From: Candidatus Marinacidobacterium sp.
GTDB taxonomy: Bacteria; Acidobacteriota; Vicinamibacteria; Marinacidobacterales; Marinacidobacteraceae
Assembly (NCBI GenBank): GCA_965220965.1
Contig: OZ244852.1
Coordinates: 2,560,001-2,624,000 of the forward strand
Reading direction: 5' to 3'
DNA: 64,000 bases
Part shown: positions 40,686 through 50,802 of the stretch, piece after piece
Layout of the letters: each line of letters starts with the position of its first letter
How positions within the stretch are numbered: the first letter of the stretch is position 1
Notes under the pieces: generated by a model
The model's input: only the letters and a program-made list of their open reading frames with translations
Database searches by the model: none
What the model was told of the DNA's origin: nothing
Made by a program: the position numbers and the translations under genes

Positions 40686-41869
40686 GGCTGACGCCGGATC
40701 GTCGCCACGACCGAGGCCTGTTCGAGATCGAAGTGCGCCGCCGGGCTCCCGTTGTGTCGGAGTGCGTCCTGCGCCCGGATGATCCCGCGACCGAACCGGT
40801 TCACGTACCCGAGGGTGGCCATGGCTTCCGCCAGCACCGGATTCCGGTAGTCGGTCACCGGGGGCGGCCCGAGGCTGGCGCTGCCGTAGAAGCCGCCCGG
40901 ATTCTGGATCTCGATTCGGTCCGCGAACCAGTTGAAGCGCGTTGGCGCATTGGACTCGTAGGATCGGTGCATTACCGCGTTCAGCAGGAGCTCCCGTATT
41001 GCGACCGGAGGGTAGTCCTGCAACCGGGTCTCTCGCAGCGCGGTGGCGGCAACGGGTCGGGCCCTCGACGGACGGGACGCGATGGACTCGAGGAGCCGAA
41101 GAACGGTCAGGAGATCACCGCTGACGACCTCCTCCGCGATTGGCTCACTCGCGAACGAATCGCCCGCCCACTGCACGAATTGGAGCCAGGCTCCCGGAAT
41201 CCATCGCAGCGGCTCCTTTCCGAAGAGGAGGATGCCGGCCATCGTCGGACAGCGCGAACGGGGATCGAAGAAGCGGAGAGACGCCATCTGTTCTTCGAGT
41301 TCCCGGTCGTTCTCCTCGATCACGTCATGGGATACCGCCTGTGGGAGGTACGTCCCCTGGAAGAGTTCGGGAACGAGGTCGTCAAGAGAGCTTCCGACAC
41401 ACGGTCGCAGATCGAAGGGAAGATGGCGCGAGGCGCGCTTTTCCACCAGGATTCGCTCCTCCTGGCGATTCGCGGCCCGACGCGAAGGGCCGACACGAAT
41501 CCAGACGCGGCCCTTGTAGCGCACTGGCGGGAGGTCGGAAGGCAGCACCTCGACGATGCCCACGTCGCCTTCCGGCAGAGCGACCTTGCCCACGGTCAGA
41601 GCCGGAAGCGGCTCCAGGTTCACGTTCGAACGCAGGGACGCCACCTCACGCAGCGTCTTGTCAGAGATCTCCCGGCCAGCGGGGCGCCCGTCATCGTGGA
41701 CGCCGATCAGGAGATATCCCGGCGCCCCGTGATTCGGGAAGTCGTTTGCGAAGGCGCAGATGGCCTCCGCGAACTTCTCCGTTTTGCCGATCGCGTTCGT
41801 GAATTCGATCCGGTCGGATTCACCGGCGTCGAGGAGATCCCGCAGCCGGGACTCCTCCAGAGCCTTCAC
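40682..41869 (-). CDS. AlbA_2 (Schlafen-like) domain plus HATPase_c_4/RecG-C-like domain protein
   Basis: ESDRIEF, ICAFAND..GYLLIGVHDDG, RELLLNAVMHRSY, IEIQNPGG and YRNP; GTGA overlap upstream and ATGA overlap downstream. Confidence 0.85.
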   Translation of the reverse strand: MKALEESRLRDLLDAGESDRIEFTNAIGKTEKFAEAICAFANDFPNHGAPGYLLIGVHDDGRPAGREISDKTLREVASLRSNVNLEPLPALTVGKVALPEGDVGIVEVLPSDLPPVRYKGRVWIRVGPSRRAANRQEERILVEKRASRHLPFDLRPCVGSSLDDLVPELFQGTYLPQAVSHDVIEENDRELEEQMASLRFFDPRSRCPTMAGILLFGKEPLRWIPGAWLQFVQWAGDSFASEPIAEEVVSGDLLTVLRLLESIASRPSRARPVAATALRETRLQDYPPVAIRELLLNAVMHRSYESNAPTRFNWFADRIEIQNPGGFYGSASLGPPPVTDYRNPVLAEAMATLGYVNRFGRGIIRAQDALRHNGSPAAHFDLEQASVVATIRRQP

Positions 41870-42438
41870 GAATCGTGGAGCCGTCGCCCGGTGATGCCCA
41901 GCTCCTCGGCGTGCGGGCGCAGCGCCGCGACGATGAAGTCGATGTGCTCTCCGAGGTCCACGCCCAGCAGCTCCGCGCCGATGCGGCACTCGTGCCGCTC
42001 CACCTTCGCTGCGAACGCCTTGTCCTTCAGCTTCTTCTTCACGCTGCGGGCGGTGAGGGTCGAGACCCCCTCGGGGCGAACCAGGCAGCACGCGACGATG
42101 AACCCGGTCAGCTCGTCACACGCGAGCAGGGCGCGGTCCATTGGCGACTTCAGGGGGACGCCCCACCTCGTGTAGTGGCCCGAGATCGCGTAGGCGAGGT
42201 CCTCCTCGCCGCGCTCCCGCAGCCACGCCACGATCCGCTTCGGGTGATCCTCCGGCCACTTCTCGTAGTCGGCGTCGTGGAGCATGCCGGCCATCCCCCA
42301 CCGCTCGGGGTCCGCATCCGGCCCGCCGTAGCGGCTGGCGGCGGCCCGCATCACGATCTCCACCGAGCGGGCGTGTTTCCGGAGCGACTCCGTCTCGCAC
42401 CACTCCGTCAGGTGCCCCCAGGCTTCGTCCCGGGTCAT
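41866..42438 (-). CDS. HD-domain phosphohydrolase (HDIG-like)
   Basis: Motifs SLRKH..VE..M, LHDADYE, ACDELTG and KKLKDKAFAA. Confidence 0.88.
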   Translation of the reverse strand: MTRDEAWGHLTEWCETESLRKHARSVEIVMRAAASRYGGPDADPERWGMAGMLHDADYEKWPEDHPKRIVAWLRERGEEDLAYAISGHYTRWGVPLKSPMDRALLACDELTGFIVACCLVRPEGVSTLTARSVKKKLKDKAFAAKVERHECRIGAELLGVDLGEHIDFIVAALRPHAEELGITGRRLHDS

Positions 42439-42851
42439 CAGGAGCTCTCGCCTTCGCTCTTGGACTTCGGCGGACAGCAGGCGTCCACGCTCCACTTGCC
42501 GGAGCCGGCGGTGGCCAGGAAGGCGAACACGATGCAGTAGACCAGCGCCAGCTCGCCGTCGTTTTCGATCGGGAGCAGCCCCTCAGGCTGGTGCCGGTAG
42601 AAGTAAGCGATCAGCATCTGGATCGAGGCGAGCGCGGCGGCGATGCGGGTCTGGTAGCCGGCGAGGATCAGCGCGCCGGTGACGAGCTCGACGATCCCGG
42701 CGGTGTTGTAGAGCCACGCCGGCGAGTAGGGCGTGCCCTCGCCGAGGAGGTACGCCACCGCGATGATCCCGTGGCAGAAGAACAGGAACCCGGCGACGAT
42801 GCGCAAGAGCGCATACGCGGTGTCCCGGTGGTCGGCGAGAACGGTCTTCAT
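42438..42851 (-). CDS. DoxX-family membrane protein
   Basis: LLRIVAGFLFFCHG...GIVEL...N-GELA-like motif...GSGKWSVD. Confidence 0.85.
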   Translation of the reverse strand: MKTVLADHRDTAYALLRIVAGFLFFCHGIIAVAYLLGEGTPYSPAWLYNTAGIVELVTGALILAGYQTRIAAALASIQMLIAYFYRHQPEGLLPIENDGELALVYCIVFAFLATAGSGKWSVDACCPPKSKSEGESS

Positions 42852-42873
42852 GGGTTCTTTCCTCGTTGGCCGG

Positions 42874-44817
42874 TCATTCCTCCGGCGGGAGCGCGAGCGC
42901 GACGAACTCACCCGGGAAGTCGCGGGCGCCAACCGCAACGACCAGGATCTGCCGGCCGTCGACCTCGTAGCTCATCGGAGTGCCCGACTGGTTCGCGGGA
43001 AGCTCGAACTCCCACAGGATCTCTCCCGTCGCCTTGTCGTGGGCGCGGAACATGGGGCCGCCGGTTCCGAAGGCGGCGAACAGCCCGCTGCCCTCCCCGG
43101 CGAAGAGAAGCGTCTTCGTCACCAGCAGTCCGCCGCGGTCGGCCTGACCGGTGCGGCCCAGCTCGACGCCCTCGAGCGCCGGATGCTCGCGGATCCACTC
43201 CGGAGTGTCCGAGTTCGGGACCCACCAGGCGATCTCGCCCCGGTTCAGGTCGATCGCGGTGATCTTCCCCCACGGCGGCTTCAGCAGCGGCAGACCCTGC
43301 GGGCCGCCGCCCTCGGGCAGCCGGATGTCGCGCCCCCGCCCCTGGATGTAGTCCATCGTGGACCTCTCCGGGTCGTTCTCGAGCCCCAGCACGTTCACGT
43401 CGAGCCCGGAGGAGACGTAGAGCATGCCGGTTTCCGGGTCGGCGGCGACGCTCGGCCAGTTCGCGCCGCCCAGCGCGCCGGGAACCGTCAGCGTGCCCCG
43501 GTTCCCTCGCTCCTCGATGAGCGTCGGTGGGGTGTAGAGCGGGCCGAGCGTGTAGAACCGGGCGATCGCTTCGGCCTCGGCGCGGAGCTCCGGCGTGAGG
43601 TCGAGGAGATCGTCCTCCGAAACGCCCTGCCGCTGGAAGGGCGGGGGTTTCGTAGGGAAGGGCTGCGTCGGGGCGGCCCGCTCACCCGGGACCGTCGAGG
43701 CGGCCATCGGCCGCTCCTCGATGGGCCAGACCGGCTCTCCGGTGCGCCGGTCGAAGACGAAGGTGAACGCCTGTTTCGTGACCTGCGCCAGCGCCGGGAT
43801 CTCGCGCCCGTCCACGACCAGGTCCAGCAGGACGGGCGCGGTCGGAAGGTCGTAGTCCCAGATCCCGTGGTGGACGGTCTGGAAGTGCCAGCGCCGCTCG
43901 CCGGTGGCGGCGTCGAGCGCCACCACGCTCTGGGTGAACAGGTTGTCGCCCGGGCGATGGCCGCCGTAGTAGTCCCCGGTGGCGGCCTCCAGCGGAAGGT
44001 AGACGAGCCCCAGTTCCGGGTCGGCGCTCATCCAGGCCCAGACGCCGCCGTTCCCGGTCGTCCGCCAGCTCCCGTTCTCCCAGGTGTCGTTCCCGAACTC
44101 CCCTTCGCGCGGGATCGTGTGGAAGGTCCACAGCAGCTCTCCGGTCCGGACGTCGTAGCCGCGCACCGGCGAAGGCGGGTTCTCCGGCGAGGGCGGAGCG
44201 CCGCCGCTCGGGAGCGCCGCCCCGACGACGACCACGTCCCCCACGACGGTCGGGGGCGAACCGGAGCCGATCGGGGCCCGCTGCAGGTCGACCTCGCGGC
44301 CGAGGTCGCGCCGCAGGTCCACCATCCCGTCGAACCCGAAGGATGGGACCGGCCGCCCGGTCCCGGCGTCCAGCCCTACGAGCTGGTAGGCGGGCGTCAC
44401 CAGGAAAAGGCGCGCCTGCTCCCCGTCGCTCCAGAAGGAGAGTCCCCGCCCCGATGTCTGCCGCGGCGCGGACCGCCCGCGCGGCCCCTCGTCGAGGCGG
44501 TACATCCAGAGGGTCTCGCCGGTGAGACCGTCGATCGCCACCGCGACCCGGCGGGCGCCGGCGGTGGCGTAGAGCACCCCGTCGATCGCCAGCGGGGTCG
44601 TCCGCAGGTTCCAGTCCTCCCGGGGCCCGAAGTTCTGCGAGGTCCACCGCCAGAGGATCTCCAGATCCCCCACGTTTCCGGCGTGGATCTGGTCGAGCGG
44701 CGAGTAGCGGGTGGACGCCAGATCCCCGGCGTAGTGGGGCCACTCGCCGGGCTCGCGATCCTGGGCGGCGGCGACCGTCCCCAGGACCAGCGCGGTCACC
44801 GCCGCGCGCGGGATCAG
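42874..44817 (-). CDS. PQQ-dependent (glucose/quinate-type) dehydrogenase, periplasmic
   Basis: Motifs W..YAGDL.STRYSPLDQI, WHFQTVHHGIWDYD, GGANW and KPPWG; start CTG 44817 or GTG 44799. Confidence 0.92.
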   Translation of the reverse strand: MIPRAAVTALVLGTVAAAQDREPGEWPHYAGDLASTRYSPLDQIHAGNVGDLEILWRWTSQNFGPREDWNLRTTPLAIDGVLYATAGARRVAVAIDGLTGETLWMYRLDEGPRGRSAPRQTSGRGLSFWSDGEQARLFLVTPAYQLVGLDAGTGRPVPSFGFDGMVDLRRDLGREVDLQRAPIGSGSPPTVVGDVVVVGAALPSGGAPPSPENPPSPVRGYDVRTGELLWTFHTIPREGEFGNDTWENGSWRTTGNGGVWAWMSADPELGLVYLPLEAATGDYYGGHRPGDNLFTQSVVALDAATGERRWHFQTVHHGIWDYDLPTAPVLLDLVVDGREIPALAQVTKQAFTFVFDRRTGEPVWPIEERPMAASTVPGERAAPTQPFPTKPPPFQRQGVSEDDLLDLTPELRAEAEAIARFYTLGPLYTPPTLIEERGNRGTLTVPGALGGANWPSVAADPETGMLYVSSGLDVNVLGLENDPERSTMDYIQGRGRDIRLPEGGGPQGLPLLKPPWGKITAIDLNRGEIAWWVPNSDTPEWIREHPALEGVELGRTGQADRGGLLVTKTLLFAGEGSGLFAAFGTGGPMFRAHDKATGEILWEFELPANQSGTPMSYEVDGRQILVVAVGARDFPGEFVALALPPEE

Positions 44818-45941
44818 CCGCCGGAGTACCAAATCCGGTAGATCGCGCCGGCCCGGTCGTCCGACACCAGAATGTCCCCGGAGGGGAGTTCGAGGATGTC
44901 CACCGGGCGTCCCCAGGGGCTCTCCTCGGGCGCTCCGATCCAGCCGGTCACGAAGTCCTCGTATCCGGTCGCGACGCCGTCCTTCGTCCGCACGATGGTG
45001 AGGCGGTAGCCGATCCGCTCGGTGCGGTTCCACGAGCCGTGCTCCGCGACCAGCGCCTGCCCGCGGTATTTCTCGGGGAACTGGTCGCCCCGGTAGAAGG
45101 TCATCCCGATGGCGGCCACATGCGGACCGAGCTGCTGCGTGGGCGGCGTGAAGTCGTCGCAGGCCCCGTCGCGCGAGAACCACGGGTCGGGCCGGTCCCC
45201 GCCGTGGCAGTACGGGTAGCCGAAGTGCTCGCCGATCTCGCCAAGGATGTTCATCTCACCGGGCGGGTTGTCGTCGCCGAGCCAGTCGGGGTTGTTGTCG
45301 GTGAACCACATCTCCCCGGTCTCGGGGTGCCAGTCGAAGCCCACCGACATCCGCACGCCGCGCGCCGCCACCTCGAGCCCGCTCCCGTCGGGGAGCATCC
45401 GGGCGATGGAGGCGAACAGCGGGTCCGCCGAGTCGCAGCGGTTGCATGGCGCCCCGATCGGGACGTAGAGATAGCCGTCCGGACCGAAGTCGATGAACTT
45501 CCATCCGTGGTGGCGCATGTTCGGCAGATCGTCGGTCACGACCTCGGGCTCGCCGGGATCGGCCAGACGGGACTCGATGTCCGGGAACCGGAGGATCCGG
45601 TTCACCTCCGCCACGTAGAGGTCATCCCCGCGCATGGCCACGCCGTTCGGCATGAACAGCTCCTCGTCGAGCTCGTGGATCTCGTCGGCCCGGTGGTCGC
45701 CATTCCGGTCCGCGATCGCGTAGACGCTCCCGGAGGCGTCGCGGGTGCCGACGAAAATCGTCCCCCCGTCTCCGCGAGTCAGCGACCGGGCCCCGGGGAT
45801 CCGTCCCCAGACCGAGACCTCGAAGCCCGGCGGAAGCTTCAGCCGCTCGAGCGGAAGCGCGGCGCCCGGAGAGGAGCGCTGGGCGGTCGCCGGCGCCGCC
45901 AGCGCCAGCGAAAGGAGCAGAAACGCCGGGGCGTTGCGCAT
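44814..45941 (-). CDS. sorbosone dehydrogenase-family (soluble PQQ-type) beta-propeller
   Basis: Motifs LPPGF, HHGWKFIDFGPDG, GAPCNRC, AEHGSWNR and WGRPVD; signal peptide. Confidence 0.9.
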   Translation of the reverse strand: MRNAPAFLLLSLALAAPATAQRSSPGAALPLERLKLPPGFEVSVWGRIPGARSLTRGDGGTIFVGTRDASGSVYAIADRNGDHRADEIHELDEELFMPNGVAMRGDDLYVAEVNRILRFPDIESRLADPGEPEVVTDDLPNMRHHGWKFIDFGPDGYLYVPIGAPCNRCDSADPLFASIARMLPDGSGLEVAARGVRMSVGFDWHPETGEMWFTDNNPDWLGDDNPPGEMNILGEIGEHFGYPYCHGGDRPDPWFSRDGACDDFTPPTQQLGPHVAAIGMTFYRGDQFPEKYRGQALVAEHGSWNRTERIGYRLTIVRTKDGVATGYEDFVTGWIGAPEESPWGRPVDILELPSGDILVSDDRAGAIYRIWYSGG

Positions 45942-45972
45942 TCGGTGGGTCCTCGCCTGTGGAATCGGGAAG

Positions 45973-47580
45973 TCAGTCGGCGCCGTGAGCCCGGGGAATC
46001 GCCTCGACGAGGAGCGCGAGCGCGTTCTGGAGCGCCCGGTTCGCGTGACCGTCGAAGGAGCCTTCGTACATGCCGAGCCGGGCCACGACCATTTCGTAGT
46101 CGGGAACGACGATCGTGCTCTGCCCGCCGGCGCCGGCGAAGCTGTAGGTATTGTTCGGGAGCGACGGGAAGCGCTTCTCACCCCCCCGGGGAGGGTTGTT
46201 GATCCAGATCAGGCCGCCGTAGATGGGGCGTCCGTCGGCTTCCCACGAGGGCGCGACCGAGGTGGCGAACGTGACGAAGTCCTCTCCGAGCACCCGCTCC
46301 CCATTCGGGGCCAGCCCGCCGTCGAGGTAGAGCTGACCCAGCCGGGCCCACGCGCGCCCGCTGCCGAAGCCGTAGCCGTTCAGCAGGAAGTTCCCGTAGG
46401 GGTCGGCCTCGGCCACGAACCGCGCGACGCCGATCTTGTCGAACAGGTGCGCCTGCGGGAACTGGTGGTAGTTGTCGCCGCGTCCCTCGACGCCGAGCCG
46501 GACCAGGTGGTTCGTCAGGATGGGGTCGCAGTTGCGGTAGCGGCCCACGGTATTGGGCGGCCACTGCGGCGGACGCTCGGTGGCCCAGATGTGGGAGTCG
46601 ACGGTTCCGGTGTAGAGGTAGAGGTGGTCCGGGTAGCCCATCGTCTCCTCGTCGTACTCGGGATCTCCGGCGTTCACGCAGCGGACCCCGCTCGACATCT
46701 GGAGGATGTCCTGGATCCGGATCGTCCCCCTCGGGTCTTCCGGATCCTCATGCCAGGCGTCGATCGGCGCCACCTGGTCCAGTTGGTAGACGCCCTGCTC
46801 GATGAGCACCCCCATCAGGGTCGCGGAGAGGCTCTTGTTCATGGACCAGCTCTCGAGTGGCGTGTCCTTCGTGATCCCGTCCTCTTCCCGGTAACGCTCG
46901 CCAACGAGCCGGCCCCGGTGGAGCACCACGAAGGCGAGGGTCATCGCGTTCTCGTCGAACGCGGCGTCCAGCGCCATCTCCAGCTTCTCGCCGTCCACAT
47001 CCTCGGGGAGCGGCTCATCCGGGAGCACATCCCCCATCGGCCACGGATCATCCTGGTTCACCGTGGAGGTCACCGGCACGGTCTCGTAGAACGGAGCGTC
47101 CTCCCCCTTGGGAAGCGCAACGCAGCCCTGGTCGCCGTGGAGGACGGCGGTGCGGGTGACGCCGGTGTCGGTCGTGATGTGGACCCGCTGCCCGTCCATG
47201 TCGATCTCCCGGCCGGGAAGCCGGTCGCGATACTCGTAGCGGGCGGTGAAGCCGCCGATCTGGTGCTGGGCGCGCTCGAAGTCGAGGCCGGTCAGGAAGA
47301 CAGCGGAGCACAGCACCTTGGCGAAGCCGGCGGCCTCGTGCTCGATGAAGCCGTCGGGATCCATCCCGCCCGGAGGCGGGATGCGCTCGGTGTCGAACTC
47401 GTACTGCTGTCCGCGCTCGACCAGGCTCTGGTTCAGCAGCTCCGCCGGACTCGCGGTCTCTTCCGCGGGAGGCTCGGCCTCTCCGCCGCCGCACGCGGCG
47501 AGGGCGAACGCGAGCAGCGCGGCCGCGGGAACCGCGAGCCAGCGCGCGCGAAGTCGGGAAGTCTGGGGCTCTTGCATCAT
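45973..47580 (-). CDS. serine hydrolase (class C beta-lactamase-like) lipoprotein
   Basis: SxxK in SWSMNKS; LQMSSG; lipobox LAAC; SD AAGGAG before ATG 47580. Confidence 0.85.
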   Translation of the reverse strand: MMQEPQTSRLRARWLAVPAAALLAFALAACGGGEAEPPAEETASPAELLNQSLVERGQQYEFDTERIPPPGGMDPDGFIEHEAAGFAKVLCSAVFLTGLDFERAQHQIGGFTARYEYRDRLPGREIDMDGQRVHITTDTGVTRTAVLHGDQGCVALPKGEDAPFYETVPVTSTVNQDDPWPMGDVLPDEPLPEDVDGEKLEMALDAAFDENAMTLAFVVLHRGRLVGERYREEDGITKDTPLESWSMNKSLSATLMGVLIEQGVYQLDQVAPIDAWHEDPEDPRGTIRIQDILQMSSGVRCVNAGDPEYDEETMGYPDHLYLYTGTVDSHIWATERPPQWPPNTVGRYRNCDPILTNHLVRLGVEGRGDNYHQFPQAHLFDKIGVARFVAEADPYGNFLLNGYGFGSGRAWARLGQLYLDGGLAPNGERVLGEDFVTFATSVAPSWEADGRPIYGGLIWINNPPRGGEKRFPSLPNNTYSFAGAGGQSTIVVPDYEMVVARLGMYEGSFDGHANRALQNALALLVEAIPRAHGAD

Positions 47581-47700
47581 CGTCTCCTTCCGGTGTGGCG
47601 TTCGCCACCCGCCCCGGGCGTTCCCCGGCCGGGCGCCGAACCGGCGATTGTACGGCGGGGCGCCAGCCGTCCGCTCCCGGCCGGGATACGCTGACTCGCC

Positions 47701-49974
47701 GTGATTCCGCCCTCCGCCGCCGCCCGTTCCCGGGTCGTCCTCGTCGGCGGCGGCCACTCCCACGTTCAGGTGCTCCGGCGGATGGTGATGCGGCCCTGGC
47801 CCCAGGCCCGGGTCACCGTCGTGCTGGACACTCCGGTCGCGGTCTATTCGGGGATGGTCCCGGGGTTCGTGGCCCGGCAATATCGGCGCTCCGAACTCGA
47901 GATGGATGTCGTTCCGCTCGCCCGGCTCGCGGGCGCCGAAGTGGTGCTCACCGCTTCGACCGGGGTGGATCCCGGCGCCCGGCGCGTCCGCCTCGAAGGC
48001 CGACCGCCGCTGGCCTACGACTTCGCTTCCTTCGACATCGGGAGCACGGTCGCCGGGCTCGACTTGCCCGGCATCCGGCGACATGCGGTGGCGACCCGGC
48101 CCATCGCCCGGCTGGTCCGCGAGGTGGACGCCATCTCGCGGTCATTCCTCGCCCACGAGGAGGACCGGCCGTTCCGGGTCGCGGTCGCGGGCGGCGGCGC
48201 CGGAGGCGTCGAGCTCGCGTTCACCATCCGGGAGCGGCTCCTCGCGGATGCGGCGGCGTCCGGGGTCGAACGGTCGCTCGAGGTGACGCTTCTCCACGGG
48301 CTCCCCGAGCTGCTGCCCGGATTCCCCGCCTCGCTGGCGCAGAGGGCGGAGCGGCAGGCGGCCCGGCGCGGCATCCGGGTGCGCACCGGCGTGCTGGTCG
48401 TTCGGGCGGAGGCGGACTCGGTGCTGCTGGAGGGCGGCGAGACCGTTCCGGCCGACGCCCTGCTCTGGGCGGTGGGCGCGGCCAGCCAGGACCTCTTCCA
48501 CGACTCGGGCCTGCCGCTCGACGAGCGCGGCTTCGTTCTGACCCGCCCGACGCTCCAGACGGTCGGAGACGACCGGGTCTTCGGGGTCGGCGACTGCGCC
48601 ACCCTCGCGGACTGGCCGCGCACCCCCAAGGCTGGGGTCTACGCCGTGCGGCAGGGGCCGTTCCTCGCCGACAACCTGCGCCGGGCGGTGGCCGGGAAGA
48701 GCCTTCGCCGTTACCGGCCGCAGCGGGACTTCCTGACCCTGCTGAACCTCGGCGACGGCGTCGCGCTCGGCGCCAAGTGGGGCCTCTCGTTCGGGGGGCG
48801 GGGGGTCATGCGGCTCAAGGACCGCATCGACCGGAAGTTCATGGAGAAGTTCCAGGTCCTCGACGACGAGGACCGCCGCGCGCCCGAATTCTCCCGAATG
48901 GACACCAGCCGGATGGACGCGATGCTCTGTGGCGGCTGCGCCGCCAAGGCGGGCGAAACCACGCTCGACCGGGCGCTGGAACGGCTGCGCGCGGAACTGG
49001 GCGCCGGACCGGGGGCGGGGGAGGCGCGGGTCCGGCTGGGGCTCGACGAGGCGGATGATGCGGCGGCCTACCGCACGCCGGCCGGCGATCTGGTGGTCAC
49101 CAGCGTGGACTGGTTCAAGGCGTTCAGCGGCGACCACTGGCTCAACGGGAAGGTGGCGGCGGCGAACGCCCTCTCCGACCTCTACGCCACCGGCGCGGCC
49201 CCCCGCTACGCGATGGCCCTGGTGACGCTGCCCGAGGCCGATCCGGAGGAGGAGCGGGCGGAGGCGCTCTTCCAGCTCCTCGCCGGGGCCCGGTCGCTGC
49301 TCGACGAGGAGGGCGTCTCGCTGCTCGGGGGCCATACGACGGTCGGCCCCGAGTTGACGGTCGGCTTTTCGGTCGAGGGTCCGCCGATCGGCGAGCGTCT
49401 CCTTACCCTCGACGGGCTCCGGCCCGGGGACGGGCTCTATCTCACGAAGCCGCTCGGCAGCGGGGTCGTCCTCCGGGGCGTCATGCTCGGGCGGGGACGG
49501 GGCGAGTGGCTCGAGGCCGCCGCCGCCCGGATGGTCTGCCCGAACGGCAAGGCGGCGCGCGCGGCGGTGGCCGGCGGGCTCAGCGCCGCGACCGATGTCA
49601 CCGGATTCGGGCTCATGAACCACCTCGCCGGGATGCTCCGCGCGAGCGGCGTCTCCGCGGAGCTGGATGTCGCCGCTCTGCCGGCGCTTCCCGGCGCGCT
49701 GGAACTGCTGGGTTCGGGTCTCCGCAGCACGGCTCACGAGCAGAACCGCAGCGTCGTGAAGGCGGTGCGGGCAGCGCCCGAGGCGAGCCGCCATCCGCGG
49801 TTCGAACTGCTCTTCGACCCGCAGACCGCGGGCGGCTTCCTCGCCGGCGTTCCCGAGTCGAACACCGGGTTCCTCGAAGCGCTCGCCGAGGCCGGGGTGG
49901 AGGCCACCCGGATCGGCGCCGTCATCCCCCGATGCGAGGACGGCGCGGTGGCGCGGGTGACGGCGGGACCGTGA
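47701..49974 (+). CDS. selD: selenide, water dikinase fused to an N-terminal FAD/NAD(P) oxidoreductase domain
   Basis: N-terminal LVGGGHSH, YSGMVPG and GVYAVRQG; C-terminal CGGCAAK, DDAA, LLGGHT, TDVTGFGL and LFDPQTAGG. Confidence 0.92.
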   Translation: MIPPSAAARSRVVLVGGGHSHVQVLRRMVMRPWPQARVTVVLDTPVAVYSGMVPGFVARQYRRSELEMDVVPLARLAGAEVVLTASTGVDPGARRVRLEGRPPLAYDFASFDIGSTVAGLDLPGIRRHAVATRPIARLVREVDAISRSFLAHEEDRPFRVAVAGGGAGGVELAFTIRERLLADAAASGVERSLEVTLLHGLPELLPGFPASLAQRAERQAARRGIRVRTGVLVVRAEADSVLLEGGETVPADALLWAVGAASQDLFHDSGLPLDERGFVLTRPTLQTVGDDRVFGVGDCATLADWPRTPKAGVYAVRQGPFLADNLRRAVAGKSLRRYRPQRDFLTLLNLGDGVALGAKWGLSFGGRGVMRLKDRIDRKFMEKFQVLDDEDRRAPEFSRMDTSRMDAMLCGGCAAKAGETTLDRALERLRAELGAGPGAGEARVRLGLDEADDAAAYRTPAGDLVVTSVDWFKAFSGDHWLNGKVAAANALSDLYATGAAPRYAMALVTLPEADPEEERAEALFQLLAGARSLLDEEGVSLLGGHTTVGPELTVGFSVEGPPIGERLLTLDGLRPGDGLYLTKPLGSGVVLRGVMLGRGRGEWLEAAAARMVCPNGKAARAAVAGGLSAATDVTGFGLMNHLAGMLRASGVSAELDVAALPALPGALELLGSGLRSTAHEQNRSVVKAVRAAPEASRHPRFELLFDPQTAGGFLAGVPESNTGFLEALAEAGVEATRIGAVIPRCEDGAVARVTAGP

Positions 49975-50798
49975 CCGGCGAGCACCTCGCCTTCGTCAAG
50001 ATGTCCGGGGCCGGGAACGACTTCGTCGTCGTGGACCACCGGGCGCCATTCGTCGCCGAGGCGGACAAGCCGGAGCTCGCCCGGCGGCTCTGCCGGCGGC
50101 GCGTCGGAGTCGGTGCGGACGGGCTCATCCTGATCGAGCCGGCGGCCGGGGACGGCGTGGACTTCCGGATGCGCTACTTCAACGCCGACGGGAGCGAAGG
50201 CGAGCTGTGCGGGAACGGAACCCGCTGCGCCGCCGCCTTCGCCCGCGAGATCGGCGCGGCCGGCGACGAGGCGACCATCGCGACTCCGGCGGGGGATATC
50301 GCCGTCGCGATCGTCGGGGCTCCGGCGGATGGAGCCCGCCGCGTCCGGATGACGATGCCCACGCCCGGCCCGGTGCGGCGCTTCGAGCTCGACGGGCTCC
50401 CGGGCGGAATGGGGGAGGTGTTCGCGGTGGATGTCGGCGTTCCCCACGCCGTCGAGGTCGTCTCCGACCTCGACGCGGTCGACATCGACGCCCGGGGGCC
50501 GGCTATCCGGAATCACCCCGCCTTCCCCCGGGGAGCGAACGCGAACTTCATCGCGCTGGACGAGGCGGCGGGGGAGTTGCGGCTCCGAACCTGGGAACGG
50601 GGCGTCGAGGCCGAGACGCTCGCCTGCGGCACCGGCGCCACCGCCGCCTCGGCCGTAGCGCGCCGCGCTCTGGACTGGCCGGCGCGGACCGGCGTTCGCG
50701 TCGCCAGCGGCGACCGGCTCGAGGTGGACCTGTCGACCGACCCTCCCCGGATGGAAGGCCCGGCGATCGTCGTCTACCGGGGTGAGCTGGCGTTGTAG
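49971..50798 (+). CDS. dapF: diaminopimelate epimerase
   Basis: Motifs KMSGAGNDF, NADGSEGELCGNG, GVPH and ERGVEAETLACGTG. Confidence 0.96.
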   Translation: MTGEHLAFVKMSGAGNDFVVVDHRAPFVAEADKPELARRLCRRRVGVGADGLILIEPAAGDGVDFRMRYFNADGSEGELCGNGTRCAAAFAREIGAAGDEATIATPAGDIAVAIVGAPADGARRVRMTMPTPGPVRRFELDGLPGGMGEVFAVDVGVPHAVEVVSDLDAVDIDARGPAIRNHPAFPRGANANFIALDEAAGELRLRTWERGVEAETLACGTGATAASAVARRALDWPARTGVRVASGDRLEVDLSTDPPRMEGPAIVVYRGELAL

Positions 50799-50802
50799 GC
50801 GC

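Noticed and set aside
48920-48950. Selenocysteine (UGA) in the SelD active site, or recoded selenoproteins in the window
   Set aside because: The codons are TGT/TGC (Cys), and I noticed no convincing in-frame TGA read-through candidate
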